Shown: positions 8,849 through 20,204, counted from the stretch's first letter. The stretch: 64,000 nt of DNA from Candidatus Kaiserbacteria bacterium (GCA_016217925.1 JACRFK010000003.1:271656-335655); one strand, 5' to 3'. A program made the numbers and translations. Notes: a model not told the origin generated them from the letters alone.

Positions 8849-10429
8849 ATGTCGTTTGGCTTACCGCAAGGTATAATCGATTTTTTTGATGTCGACAAAG
8901 CGATCGCACGAATAAAAAATGACCTCCAATCGGATTTCATTTACGCACCGCATTTGAATGCCATATACGCATTAGCGAAAACCGAACTACAGGCGGGACT
9001 CTTTGGAAAACTTGCAACTGGGACTTTTGACCCAAGTCTACCTGTTACTATTGAGGTGCCAAAAGCATCCGGGCTGGGAAGACCCGGATCCATACTCCTC
9101 CCCTACGAACGGTTAATCTATCAGCTTGTTGTCGATGATATCGCGGTAACTGCGGACCTTAATCTGGACAGGACTAGCGTGTTCAGTAATAAGCTGTTAA
9201 CGGCAGACCCCAATGGGTTTATGTTCGAACCCACGGGGGATTGTTATGCAGAATATAAGACCGCAATAGCAAGGCACGCCCAGAATCCGAGGTTTTCACA
9301 CGTGATACAGACCGACATAGTATCTCATTTTCAGAATTTAAATCAGCACAACTTAATTAACTTACTTACATCAGCTGGATGCAATGCTGACGAGGCAAAA
9401 TTTCTTGAAAGAATGCTTTCTCAACTTGCTGAAAAAAGTTCACGAGGGATTATTCAAGGTGTTATGCCCTCTGACTTCTTGGGGAACTTCTCTCTGTGCT
9501 CGATAGACGGTCAACTTGCCGTCAATGGTCTAACTTTTGCTCGGTACGTGGACGATATCTCCATCTTTCTAAACGGCGAACAGGAATGCCGATCGGTTAA
9601 ATTGAAGTTGTCGCACTGGCTGCGTAAAGAAGGCTTGGACTTGAGTGAAGCAAAAACAAAGGTGCTGCCGGTAGCCGCTTTCCTTCAAGAAGAGACGCGG
9701 GTCGAGCAGATGTTTGATGAAGCAAAGGACGAACTGTCCGGGTCGTTCGATAGAAATGATTTTTATCGATCAGCAATTTCGTGGGACTTTCCGCAGGACG
9801 ACGACGAGGAGGCGGATGACCAAGAGGTGATTTTGTTGGCCACACGAAATCTATTCGACATGAATGTTGATGTTTCAGTAAAGGATAAAATCGATAAGTT
9901 TTGTATTCCAACATTCATCGCATCGTTCGATGATTACGCGATTAATGCTCTCCTAACAAGATTCATTTCTCGACCTCACTTAGCACAGTTATATGCGAAA
10001 TATTTCCGAAGAATGATTACAGTTGGCCATTTGAATGCAGCTCGACTTGAACCATTACTAGCGGATCAAACTATTATTTCGGAATATCAATATATGTGGC
10101 TCTACGCTGCTCTCATGGTTGTAGAGCCAGGCCGAGTCGGCCGACCAAGTATTGCGTTTGCACTCCAACAATACAGAAATGCGAATATTTCCCCTTCGTT
10201 GAGGGCGGTATCTGCAATATTTGTCGCGAAATACGGTACCCCTGTAGAAAAAAGATTAATTAAGGACAGTTATGCCCAAGAACAGTCCGACTACGTGAGA
10301 GCTGCAATTTTATATTCGGCTCGATACTTCACGGCAGCGGAACGTGCAACGTGTTATCGCGCCTGGGGCGGGCATAGCGAACTTAACTCCCTCGTTGTGA
10401 GCGCGTCGAGAAATACTCCCGCCGCTTGA
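8849..10429 (+). CDS. reverse transcriptase with helical C-terminal extension (Abi/UG/DRT-like; not a group II intron)
   Basis: PK..G..RP, TDI..HF, GIIQG...SDFLGN, RYVDD, KT motifs; AT-richer than flanks. Confidence 0.85.
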   Translation: MSFGLPQGIIDFFDVDKAIARIKNDLQSDFIYAPHLNAIYALAKTELQAGLFGKLATGTFDPSLPVTIEVPKASGLGRPGSILLPYERLIYQLVVDDIAVTADLNLDRTSVFSNKLLTADPNGFMFEPTGDCYAEYKTAIARHAQNPRFSHVIQTDIVSHFQNLNQHNLINLLTSAGCNADEAKFLERMLSQLAEKSSRGIIQGVMPSDFLGNFSLCSIDGQLAVNGLTFARYVDDISIFLNGEQECRSVKLKLSHWLRKEGLDLSEAKTKVLPVAAFLQEETRVEQMFDEAKDELSGSFDRNDFYRSAISWDFPQDDDEEADDQEVILLATRNLFDMNVDVSVKDKIDKFCIPTFIASFDDYAINALLTRFISRPHLAQLYAKYFRRMITVGHLNAARLEPLLADQTIISEYQYMWLYAALMVVEPGRVGRPSIAFALQQYRNANISPSLRAVSAIFVAKYGTPVEKRLIKDSYAQEQSDYVRAAILYSARYFTAAERATCYRAWGGHSELNSLVVSASRNTPAA

Positions 10430-10438
10430 AGTTTGGTC

Positions 10439-11713
<1,275 letters not shown>

Positions 11714-11804
11714 ATGCCAAAAATAGGCCGCGAGCAACCTCCTCTTCTTCGAGGGTTACTCATGCACACAGAGTCTTACCACTCTCGAGCTTGCCTTACT
11801 CTTT

Positions 11805-11834
11805 TCCTCCGAAGGAGGACCCTCCTCTGGAGGG
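11805..11834 (-). repeat. family A 30-bp double hairpin, intergenic
   Basis: ccctccagaggagggtcctccttcggagga on the minus strand. Confidence 0.85.
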
Positions 11835-11868
11835 CAAAATAAGCCGCAGGAAGACCAAGCGCAGCAGT

Positions 11869-13665
11869 CTACACGTTCTCGTGCAGTTGCGCAATGCGAG
11901 TTGTCAACAGTTTACACACACCCATGAGCCGAGTCACCTCCTCCTCGTCCTTCCCGTTTTCAGCCTTCTTTAGAGCCATGGTAGCGTCATCGAGCTCGGC
12001 GGCGAGAAGTTCTTTGAGGATAACTACGAGCAGGGCTTTGGTCTCGCGTTCAGGGTTCGTACTTTTGCCGTGCAGTTTTTCGGCGGAAAATCGGAGCGCC
12101 TCCCGCTCGCTTTCGGTGAGCGTGGAGAGGCTTGCAAAGGCCTCCGGCCCTATCGCCGTCTCAAGTTCGGTCGCATATGCCGCGACATCTATCGAGGGCT
12201 TCTCCAGTGATTGCTGCCACAGGAGTATGGAGAAAGCCTGGCGGGCGCGGCTCGACGCACGGGTGCTTCGCCACGATGTTTTTGGATCAACTTTCGGCAC
12301 GGAGGCCGGAGCGACCGCACTTGCCGGGCCCGGTGAGGTTGGAAGCTTCCCAAGCGCTTCGCCGACCGCTGATTCGGAGACTCCGAGCCTTCGCGCTATC
12401 TCGTGCACATGCTGTTCGCGCGCTATCGGACTTTGCACATCGGACAGAAACGGCAGCACTATCGTTTCTACCGCGCGCCGGAAGCGATCCTTCTGGGGCA
12501 GATGCTCTTCAAGCACTTCGAGGAGGAATAGGATGATGTCTTTTGAATCTCGTATCGCTTTTTTCCACGCATCCGCGCCTTCTTTTCCTCCTGAGGAGGA
12601 TCCGCCTCCGGCGGACTGAATTAAATCCGCAGGGTCGAGCCCCGTCGGCAGCCGCGCGACTTTTACGTTGAGCCCACCTTGGAGCGCGGTGCGCGCAGCG
12701 CGTCCCGCCGCCTTGATACCCGCCTCATCAGCATCGAGCGCGAGCACGAGGTTGTCCGTCATGCGGCGAATGAGGGCTGCATGCTCAGGCGTAAACGCCG
12801 TGCCCGAGACGGCGACGGTATTCGCCCACCCGGCCTGGTGCGAGGCCAGCAGGTCCATCTGACCTTCCACCAGAACCGCGCAATTGAGCTTCCGGATGGC
12901 GACTTTTGCCCTATCAAAGCCATATAATACGCGGGATTTGTGGAAAAGCGGCGTCTCGGGGCTGTTGAGGTACTTGGGCGCATCGGGCGAGGCTGCCTCG
13001 CCGAAGATGCGGCCGGAAAAGCCGACGACGCGGCCCGCGGAGTCGGCAATGGGAAAGATGATGCGGTAGCGGAAGTTGTCGGTGAGAGAGCCCCGTTCGT
13101 TCTTCTTGGCGACACCCGCTTCGAGCATCTCCCGCTCGGTATATTTTCCTCCGGAGGAGGATCCGCCTCCGGCGGATTTCATTTTCAAATAATCGGAAAG
13201 TTCGGACCAACTATCCCCCGCGAGACCGAGACGGAATGATTGTATGGTCGCATCGGTCATGCCGCGCCCTTTCAGGTACTTCTTCGCCGCATCGTTGAGG
13301 CGTGAGGTATAAAAAATCGTTGCAGTCTCCAAAAGCTCGAACAGTCGCTCGCGTTCGTCTTTCTTCTCTTTGCCGCCGCGTTCGTAGACCAACTCTACTC
13401 CCGCCTTTTCCGCGAGCACTTTGAGCGCACCTTTGAAGTCGAGGCCCTCGATAGCTTCGACAAAAGAAAAAATATCCCCGCCGACGTTGCAGCCGAAACA
13501 GTGATACGTGCCCCGCTCCGGCGACACATGGAAAGAGGGCGTTCGCTCCGCGTGAAAAGGACACCGCGCGCGCAAGGAAGCGCCCGCGCGCTGCAGCTTC
13601 ACGTATTGCGACACCACGTCGACGATCGAGAGCCTATCTTTGATTTGTTGTACCGTATCCGCCAT
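11869..13665 (-). CDS. dnaG: DNA primase
   Basis: CPFH..C..C zinc finger, KYLNSPET, TOPRIM EG..D / D.D. Confidence 0.97.
   Translation of the reverse strand: MADTVQQIKDRLSIVDVVSQYVKLQRAGASLRARCPFHAERTPSFHVSPERGTYHCFGCNVGGDIFSFVEAIEGLDFKGALKVLAEKAGVELVYERGGKEKKDERERLFELLETATIFYTSRLNDAAKKYLKGRGMTDATIQSFRLGLAGDSWSELSDYLKMKSAGGGSSSGGKYTEREMLEAGVAKKNERGSLTDNFRYRIIFPIADSAGRVVGFSGRIFGEAASPDAPKYLNSPETPLFHKSRVLYGFDRAKVAIRKLNCAVLVEGQMDLLASHQAGWANTVAVSGTAFTPEHAALIRRMTDNLVLALDADEAGIKAAGRAARTALQGGLNVKVARLPTGLDPADLIQSAGGGSSSGGKEGADAWKKAIRDSKDIILFLLEVLEEHLPQKDRFRRAVETIVLPFLSDVQSPIAREQHVHEIARRLGVSESAVGEALGKLPTSPGPASAVAPASVPKVDPKTSWRSTRASSRARQAFSILLWQQSLEKPSIDVAAYATELETAIGPEAFASLSTLTESEREALRFSAEKLHGKSTNPERETKALLVVILKELLAAELDDATMALKKAENGKDEEEVTRLMGVCKLLTTRIAQLHENV
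12586..12615 (-). repeat. family A element in-frame in dnaG (SAGGGSSSGG)
   Basis: tccgccggaggcggatcctcctcaggagga. Confidence 0.92.
13147..13176 (-). repeat. family A element in-frame in dnaG (second copy)
   Basis: tccgccggaggcggatcctcctccggagga. Confidence 0.92.
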
Positions 13666-13768
13666 GACTCCCCATTATGCGATGCTTCCGTCTGCATTGC
13701 ACGACAATCTCTAATGTGTTAGTTTTCCCGTGGCAAACCCGCCGCAGATTCTCTGGGGAAGAGAACAA

Positions 13769-13972
13769 ATGCCCAAAACATCGTCTCTGCATCCAAGCGA
13801 GATTGGCCAACTGGCCGTAACGATTTCGAGAAACCCTGACGGGACCCTCTCGTACCGGGTTATAGCTGCTCGCCACCCCGTCGGCGCACCCGAGAACTAT
13901 TCAACAGGAGGCCCTGTGCGATCTTTCCAAGCTGCGCTTGCTGAAGTCCGTACGCAGCTCAACTCCTCGTGA
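13769..13972 (+). CDS. small hypothetical protein
   Basis: ORF followed by the terminator-like hairpin at 13999-14028. Confidence 0.4.
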   Translation: MPKTSSLHPSEIGQLAVTISRNPDGTLSYRVIAARHPVGAPENYSTGGPVRSFQAALAEVRTQLNSS

Positions 13973-13998
13973 ACAGCTTGTCGCTGTTCACCGAGAAT

Positions 13999-14028
13999 CA
14001 AAGCGCCGCCCTAACGGACGGCGCTTTG
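13999..14028. terminator. bidirectional intrinsic terminator-like hairpin
   Basis: caaagcgccg...cggcgctttg. Confidence 0.6.
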
Positions 14029-14048
14029 CTCTATTTACACTCCTAAAG

Positions 14049-14104
14049 GGCTACCGCTCAACTGACTCCTTGCGGCTCTGGCTTTCAGGCACTTCTTCGG
14101 GTGC
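14049..14104 (-). pseudogene. orphan duplicate of the rpoC 3' end ([17 protein letters not shown])
   Basis: 50/56 nt identical to 16391-16446. Confidence 0.9.
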
Positions 14105-14113
14105 GGTTAGGTC

Positions 14114-14151
14114 TATTGTTTATCTCGTCCGGCCGGATAAATTAAACAATA
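14114..14151. repeat. 38-bp imperfect palindrome, copy 1
   Basis: tattgtttatctcgtccggccggataaattaaacaata. Confidence 0.85.
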
Positions 14152-14157
14152 AGAGCT

Positions 14158-14745
14158 TCATTCGGGCAGGAGGCCAAATTCCTTTCGCAGAGGAGCATCG
14201 TACTCAATCGCATCTGCAATGATGTAAAGTAAGTCTTTACCGATGTGCAATTCCGCTTTGAGAAGAGCCACTGCCTCCTCGCAGTCGTACGGATACGCCC
14301 AAACACTGTCTTGTAGACGGACAAAGCCGAACCCTGCAACGATTCCCCGCGCCCGTGCACGAAGGACATGTTTCTTTTCAGGAATATCAAAGATGACCAA
14401 CCGCCATTTGCCATCCCATCGACTCGGCCTGGGCAACGGGCCGAAGGATACAAGAGATCCGAGTCTTTTCCTCCCCTTCTCAGTTATACGCAAGTAGACC
14501 CGGCCATGGTCACGCACGAATTCGACAAAACCTTTATTCTTGAGCCGGTAGGTCGCCTCGCGAACGCGTTGTTTAGGGTCACGCTTTGCGATCCAGTCGG
14601 GGTCAAGATGCTTGAGAAGCCGCAGTGCATTGGGCGCCGCCATCGCTACGAGACCGATGCCGGCAATCGCGAGTCCGGAGAGGATTGCCTGCTCAATCTG
14701 TCCGCGTCGTGTACCTTTCTTCGAGGTCCGCTCCATTCTTCCCAT
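14158..14745 (-). CDS. PaaX-like protein (wHTH plus Cas2-like ferredoxin domain)
   Basis: ITEKG wHTH end; WDGKWRLVIFDIPE...GF..LQDSVW. Confidence 0.8.
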   Translation of the reverse strand: MGRMERTSKKGTRRGQIEQAILSGLAIAGIGLVAMAAPNALRLLKHLDPDWIAKRDPKQRVREATYRLKNKGFVEFVRDHGRVYLRITEKGRKRLGSLVSFGPLPRPSRWDGKWRLVIFDIPEKKHVLRARARGIVAGFGFVRLQDSVWAYPYDCEEAVALLKAELHIGKDLLYIIADAIEYDAPLRKEFGLLPE

Positions 14746-14782
14746 ATTGTTTATCTTATCCGGTCGGATGCGTTAAACAATG
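14745..14782. repeat. 38-bp imperfect palindrome, copy 2 (direct repeat)
   Basis: tattgtttatcttatccggtcggatgcgttaaacaatg; 31/38 identical to copy 1. Confidence 0.85.
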
Positions 14783-14882
14783 GAGGTTTTCCACACTAGA
14801 TATACACCCGCAGATGTTCATAAAACAAAGAAGGGCAGCCCGTGAGCCGCCCCTCCTTAACCTCTCAACGTTTTGCGGGTTT

Positions 14883-15290
14883 CTACCGCGTACACCGTGT
14901 CTTGACCCCGGCCGCGATATGCGTGAGGGCATCGACGATTGCTTTTCGCTTCACGTTGCCCTTCTTGAAGACCATCACGGTCTCGGGCGCGCCGCGGAAC
15001 CATCGGACAAGAACGGCGACTTTGCCGTTCTCCACCTCGACAACATGGCCCGATAGATCCGGCTGATGCCGGGGCTCGAAAGCGTGTTGGGACGACCCAA
15101 AGCCTGAACATGCGTGCTTGATGATGTCACGCTCCAGGTCGTCGCTCTTCACTTCTTGCAGCAAACGCAACAATGGGCTTGTCGACACACCAGGCTGTTG
15201 CCAGCCATGCATGCCCATCACACTTTCGGCACCTGTAGCCGAGTCGGGCGACAGTGTGCGCGGCCTGGGCTGCTGTCCTGCAGTCGTCAT
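14883..15290 (-). CDS. hypothetical protein
   Basis: ORF with purine-rich RBS-like sequence upstream. Confidence 0.45.
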   Translation of the reverse strand: MTTAGQQPRPRTLSPDSATGAESVMGMHGWQQPGVSTSPLLRLLQEVKSDDLERDIIKHACSGFGSSQHAFEPRHQPDLSGHVVEVENGKVAVLVRWFRGAPETVMVFKKGNVKRKAIVDALTHIAAGVKTRCTR

Positions 15291-15436
15291 CTTGGTATTC
15301 CCCCTTTTTTCCGCTGGATAGGGTCTAATTCCCCTCCAGTCCGCAGGCACTATGCCACTTAATTACGTATCAGGCAATTACCGCTCATTTGTTATGCTCT
15401 TTTGAGGGGCAATGGTAAATTTGTCGCACTTGAACT

Positions 15437-15793
15437 ATGCCGCCTAAGAATCCTTTAGGGTTTGGAGAAAGAATGTTGCGCCAACGGGCGAAAGAGGGCG
15501 GAAAATCCCGGGAGCAGATGACTGCGGAGCGGGACCAAAAGATGTATATCTCGAATTTATTGCGGGAAAACAAGACAAACATTGACGGGCAGTGGAAAGA
15601 GGCGCGGGACAGGAAAGTGGGCGCCTTTATTATCACAGCTGACCACCTCACAGCGAACGGGCTTCTTTCGGACATGGAAGTAGCCACCGTTATCCGCAGA
15701 TGGATGTTTGACACGTATGGCGACCAACTCGCCCTGGACAGATACGACGGCGCGACCGGGCATATACGATTTCTGGTTTCCGAGTCTGAATAG
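15437..15793 (+). CDS. hypothetical protein
   Basis: ORF with typical soluble composition. Confidence 0.5.
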   Translation: MPPKNPLGFGERMLRQRAKEGGKSREQMTAERDQKMYISNLLRENKTNIDGQWKEARDRKVGAFIITADHLTANGLLSDMEVATVIRRWMFDTYGDQLALDRYDGATGHIRFLVSESE

Positions 15794-15889
15794 GAACTGA
15801 CCGCAGCCCCCTTTGCGGCAAGCATTAAAATACGCCGCCCCGGGCCTGCTCAGCGGCCCGGGGCGATGTCGAGGTCACATACTGCGAGA

Positions 15890-16312
15890 TTACTTGGCGT
15901 CCATCGCGTCGCACGCTTCATGTGCGAGGCCGCAGGTAAATGCGCGCAGGGCGACATGGACATTGCCGTGCGTGACGTCGCCTTGCATGCGCACCTCGAT
16001 GTTGTGATTGGGCCGATCGCGGTACGGGACGAGAATCATTATCCGCCCCCGCGTGGGGCCCATGCCCCAACCGCATACGACTGCATCGCGCCATGGACCA
16101 CCCGCGTCGGACTTGGGAACGACCGATTCGCGGGGAATATAGTTCTTGGCGTGGCCCATAGCCTTGCGTAGCATCCGGCCCGTGGCTTCGGGTCCGCGGC
16201 ACATCCGCAGTAGCATCGGCGGAATGTGGCCGTCGTACACCTTCCAGTCGGCCTCTGCCGGCGGAGGGTTCGCAGCGGCAGCTGCCGCTGCCGTGGGTTG
16301 CGTTTTGTGCAT
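15890..16312 (-). CDS. hypothetical protein
   Basis: GAGGA upstream of ATG; hairpin downstream. Confidence 0.45.
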   Translation of the reverse strand: MHKTQPTAAAAAAANPPPAEADWKVYDGHIPPMLLRMCRGPEATGRMLRKAMGHAKNYIPRESVVPKSDAGGPWRDAVVCGWGMGPTRGRIMILVPYRDRPNHNIEVRMQGDVTHGNVHVALRAFTCGLAHEACDAMDAK

Positions 16313-16392
16313 TGACGTGTCCTCGGTTCAAAAGCACACAGGGCTATCCCCTGTTGCTCGGGGCTTCTTATATCACATCCGGCGGGCAGAGG

Positions 16393-19300
16393 CTACCGCT
16401 CGACAGACTCCTTGCGACTCTGGCTTTCGGGCACTTCCACGGGTGCCGCAGCGGCGAACTCAGCTTCCATTTGTTCTATCATCGCGTGCTTCTTGCTTCC
16501 CTTGAATCCGGTACCGGCGGGAATAAGGCGGCCAATGATGACATTTTCCTTGAGACCCACGAGGCGGTCCACGGCGCCCGAAACGGCGGCCTCGGCGAGT
16601 TTGCGCGGAGTGTTCTGGAAGGAGATGGCCGAAAGGAAGGACGCACGTGTGAGGGATACTTCGGTAATACCGAGCAGGAGCTGTTTGCCTTTAGCCGGCT
16701 CGCCTTCCACTTCTTTCTGCACTTTGTTGATACGTTCGAATTCGAAGTCGGCGACGATTTCCCCTGCGGAGACCCCCGTGTCGCCGGAAGTCGTGACGGA
16801 TACGCGCGAGAACATCTGTTTGACGATAACCTCCAAATGCTTGCGGCCGGTGGATACTCCCTGGAGCTCGTAGATGCGCGTGATTTCGTTGATGATGTAT
16901 TGCTGTGCACGCTCCTTGCCCGCGAGCAGGAAAAGCTCTTCGAGGTCGGCGGAGCCGTCGGTGAGGAAGTCGCCCTTTTCTACCTTGGCGCCCTTCTTCA
17001 CCAAGATGGTGCGGAGCGGATGCACGCGGTATTCGGTCTCTTTCTTTTGGGCTTTTGCGGTCTTGGCAAGTGAAGCGACATCCGGGACGATGGTGATGAC
17101 CGTCTCAGCTCCGTCCTTCTCGATATCGGCAATGATGCCCGTAACGCGCGAGATGGTGGCGGGGAGCTTGGGTGCGCGCGTCTCGAAGACTTCCTCGACG
17201 CGCGGCAGACCCATGGTGATGTCTCCGCCTGCGGTGGCGACGCCTCCCGTGTGGAAGGTACGCATCGTGAGCTGAGTTCCCGGCTCGCCGATGGCTTGCG
17301 CGGCGATGACGCCTATTGCTTCACCCACGTCCACAATCTCGCCGGTCGTGAGGTCCATGCCGTAGCACTTCTGGCAGACGCCGCGTGCGACTTTGCATGT
17401 CATAGGCGAGCGCACAGTAACTTCTGTCGCCTTGCTTTCTTCGACAGCTTTAGCATCGTCGCGATTCAAGAGGTGGTTGCGCTTTCCGCCGAAGGCGGAT
17501 CCGCCTCTGGCGGAGAAGCCCTCAATATCTGCGGCAAGTACGCGGCCGTTCACGCGGTCGGCAAAAGAGCCGCCGATGTTCTCTTTGCCGGGACGATTGA
17601 TGACGACCCCCTCTTTGGTGCCGCAGTCATTTTCGAGAACGACGACGTCGTGCGCGACGTCGAAGAGACGGCGTGTGAGATACCCGGCGCGTGCCGTGTT
17701 GAGCGCGGTGTCGGCAAGACCTTTGCGCGCACCGTGCGTCGAGATGAAGTATTCGATTGGGGTGAGACCTTCTTTCAAGCTAGAGGTGATGGGGAATTCG
17801 ATGATCTCTCCGCGCGGGTTGGTGATGAGGCCTTTCATACCCACCATTTGGTGAAGCTGGACGACGGAACCGCGGGCACCGGAAGTGATCATGTCGTGCA
17901 CGGGACCGGTGCGGTCGAGCGCGTCAACAACGTGCTTGCGCAATTCGCCGGAGACCTTGCCCCAGATCTCAACCGTCATGCGGCGGCGTTCGTCTTCAGT
18001 GAGAAGCCCTTGATTAAAGTTCTCGAGCTCTTTCGCCGCTTGTTCACGTCCCGTTTTTACCATCTCCTCCTTCACGCTTGGAATGACGATGTCCGAGATT
18101 GCCCAGGTGATACCGGCGTAGGTCGCATAGCGGAAGCCGAATGCTTTTATTTTGTCCAAAATGGCGGGGATGCCGTCGAGACTGTAATGCGTAACGAGAT
18201 TTTGCACCAAGGCGCCCATGCGCTTGTTGGTTATTTCTTCGTTCAAGTACGGGAAGTCGTTGGGAAGGACGGAGTTGAAGAGGAGGCGACCGACGGTCGT
18301 CTCGAAAACTTTGCCTTCGTATTGCCCGTATTTCTTATTTTCGGTCGGGAGCACCTTTATCTTGGCGCGCAAGTCCACCGCGCCAAAATCGTGCGCGGTA
18401 ATAGCGGCGTTAGTCGAAGGAAATGCGCTTCCCTCACCTTTCAGACCATCAACGGACTTCGTCATCCAGTAGCATCCCAAGACGATGTCGAGGAGCTTGG
18501 ATGCGACAACGACGTCGCCGCTTCCTGGCTTCAAGATGTTCTTATTGGCGGACATCATCATGCGCGCCTCCATCTGAGCGGCTTCGGAGAGCGGCACGTG
18601 GACGGCCATCGCGTCGCCGTCGAAGTCAGCGTTGTAGGCCGGACAGACGAGCGGGTGTACCTGGATTGCGTTGCCTTCGATTAAGACCGGGCGGAACGCC
18701 TGGATGGACTGGCGGTGCAGCGTCGGCGCGCGGTTCAAGAGTACGTACTTGTCTTTAATCGCTTCTTCGAGAATCGGCCACACTTCAGGAGCTTCGTCTT
18801 CGATAAGACGGCCCGCGCCGCGGATGTTGTAGGCGAGTTCGCGCGCAAGCAAGCCCTGAATGACGAATGGACGGAAAAGTTCGAGCACCATGTGCTTCGG
18901 AAGACCGCATTCGTCGAGTGCCAAGTCCGGACCGACGACGATGACGGAACGGCCCGAGTAGTCCACGCGTTTACCGAGCAGGTTCTGACGGAGATAGCCG
19001 TGCTTACCTTTGAGGTAATCGGCGAGCGATTTCAGCGCGCGGCGGCGGCCTCCGAGGATGCCCAAGACACCTGCGCCGCGGCGCATGGAATTGTCGAGGA
19101 GCGCGTCCACAGCTTCCTGCAGAATGCGCTTTTCGTTGCGGAGGATGACTTCCGGCGCGTGGATGGCGAGCAATCGCTTGAGGCGATTGTTACGGTTGAT
19201 GACGCGGCGGTAGAGGTCGTTGAGGTCCGACGATGCGTGACGGCCGCCTTCGAGGGCGACCATGGGGCGCAGCGCCGGCGGCACGACTGGAAGACGCGTC

Positions 19301-20121
19301 ATGAACATCCACTCCGGGCGCACACCCGCGCGCTGCAAGCTCTCGGCGAGGCCGAGGCGTTTGCGGAGTTTGTCGCGGTCCGCGGCACCCGAGTTTTCGT
19401 ACTCTTCCTTCACCTTCTTGATGAAGACGTTGATGTCGATATTTTTCAAAATACTGTAGAGGGCCTCGGCGCCGATAGCAGCGCGGAACATCGCGCCGTA
19501 TTTGACGGCAAAGAGGTGATACGCAGCCTCGTCGAGGACCACGCCCTGACGGATAGATTCGATCTCCTTCTTCGCTTTCGTCGCGCGCTCTTTGAGGTCG
19601 GTCTTTATTTCAGCAGTCGCGGCGGCTTTGTTCTTGGTCGCAAATTCATGCTCCAATTCCTTGAGAAGGCGCTCGCGTTCTTTCTCATCGACATGCGTGA
19701 CGATGTAGCCCGCGAAGTAGACGACCTTTTCCACTTCTGCAGCCGAAAGGCCGAGCATAAGCGCGATGCGCGAAGGAATACCGCGCAGGAACCAGATGTG
19801 CGAGACAGGGGTCGCCAAGTCGATGTGGCCCATGCGCTCGCGCCGGACGATGGCGCGGGTAATTTCGACACCGCATTTTTCACAGACGATGCCGCGGAAA
19901 CGGATGCCCCGGTATTTCCCGCAGTAACATTCGTAGTCTTTTTCAGGTCCGAAGACACGCTCGTCGAAGAGACCGTTCTTCTCGGGTCGCTGCGTGCGGT
20001 AGTTGATGGTCTCCGGCTTGGTTATCTCACCAAAACTCCACTCATGTACGCGGTCGGGAGAGGCGAGGCGCATTGCGACCGCTTCGAAGTCCTGTGGGAT
20101 GACGTCTTTTTTACGTTGCAT
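16393..20121 (-). CDS. rpoC: RNA polymerase beta' subunit
   Basis: [41 protein letters not shown]. Confidence 0.99.
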   Translation of the reverse strand: MQRKKDVIPQDFEAVAMRLASPDRVHEWSFGEITKPETINYRTQRPEKNGLFDERVFGPEKDYECYCGKYRGIRFRGIVCEKCGVEITRAIVRRERMGHIDLATPVSHIWFLRGIPSRIALMLGLSAAEVEKVVYFAGYIVTHVDEKERERLLKELEHEFATKNKAAATAEIKTDLKERATKAKKEIESIRQGVVLDEAAYHLFAVKYGAMFRAAIGAEALYSILKNIDINVFIKKVKEEYENSGAADRDKLRKRLGLAESLQRAGVRPEWMFMTRLPVVPPALRPMVALEGGRHASSDLNDLYRRVINRNNRLKRLLAIHAPEVILRNEKRILQEAVDALLDNSMRRGAGVLGILGGRRRALKSLADYLKGKHGYLRQNLLGKRVDYSGRSVIVVGPDLALDECGLPKHMVLELFRPFVIQGLLARELAYNIRGAGRLIEDEAPEVWPILEEAIKDKYVLLNRAPTLHRQSIQAFRPVLIEGNAIQVHPLVCPAYNADFDGDAMAVHVPLSEAAQMEARMMMSANKNILKPGSGDVVVASKLLDIVLGCYWMTKSVDGLKGEGSAFPSTNAAITAHDFGAVDLRAKIKVLPTENKKYGQYEGKVFETTVGRLLFNSVLPNDFPYLNEEITNKRMGALVQNLVTHYSLDGIPAILDKIKAFGFRYATYAGITWAISDIVIPSVKEEMVKTGREQAAKELENFNQGLLTEDERRRMTVEIWGKVSGELRKHVVDALDRTGPVHDMITSGARGSVVQLHQMVGMKGLITNPRGEIIEFPITSSLKEGLTPIEYFISTHGARKGLADTALNTARAGYLTRRLFDVAHDVVVLENDCGTKEGVVINRPGKENIGGSFADRVNGRVLAADIEGFSARGGSAFGGKRNHLLNRDDAKAVEESKATEVTVRSPMTCKVARGVCQKCYGMDLTTGEIVDVGEAIGVIAAQAIGEPGTQLTMRTFHTGGVATAGGDITMGLPRVEEVFETRAPKLPATISRVTGIIADIEKDGAETVITIVPDVASLAKTAKAQKKETEYRVHPLRTILVKKGAKVEKGDFLTDGSADLEELFLLAGKERAQQYIINEITRIYELQGVSTGRKHLEVIVKQMFSRVSVTTSGDTGVSAGEIVADFEFERINKVQKEVEGEPAKGKQLLLGITEVSLTRASFLSAISFQNTPRKLAEAAVSGAVDRLVGLKENVIIGRLIPAGTGFKGSKKHAMIEQMEAEFAAAAPVEVPESQSRKESVER
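17485..17514 (-). repeat. family A element in-frame in rpoC ([10 protein letters not shown])
   Basis: tccgccagaggcggatccgccttcggcgga. Confidence 0.92.
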
Positions 20122-20203
20122 AATTTTCAATTTTTAATTTTGCAATTTTCAAATTGGAACATTGAAAATTGATTGATAATTGTAAATTGGTAATTGAAAA
20201 TTC
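20122..20203. repeat. inverted arrays of degenerate heptamers (AATTTTC / GAAAATT)
   Basis: very AT-rich spacer between rpoB and rpoC. Confidence 0.7.
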
Positions 20204-20204
20204 A

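Noticed and set aside
8849-10429. Group II intron, retron or DGR
   Set aside because: No flanking space for intron RNA or msr/msd, no recognisable maturase/endonuclease domain, and no TR/VR pair seen in the window
14114-14782. CRISPR array with cas2
   Set aside because: Only two repeats, about 590 bp apart with a gene between them; no spacers, no cas1 or effector genes
14049-16446. rpoC tail pair as DGR template/variable repeats
   Set aside because: Differences are not confined to adenines of one copy and are mostly synonymous
18151-18160. Extra TTTGGACAAA copy on the minus strand
   Set aside because: Lies inside rpoC coding sequence (LDK) with no promoter context; treated as chance
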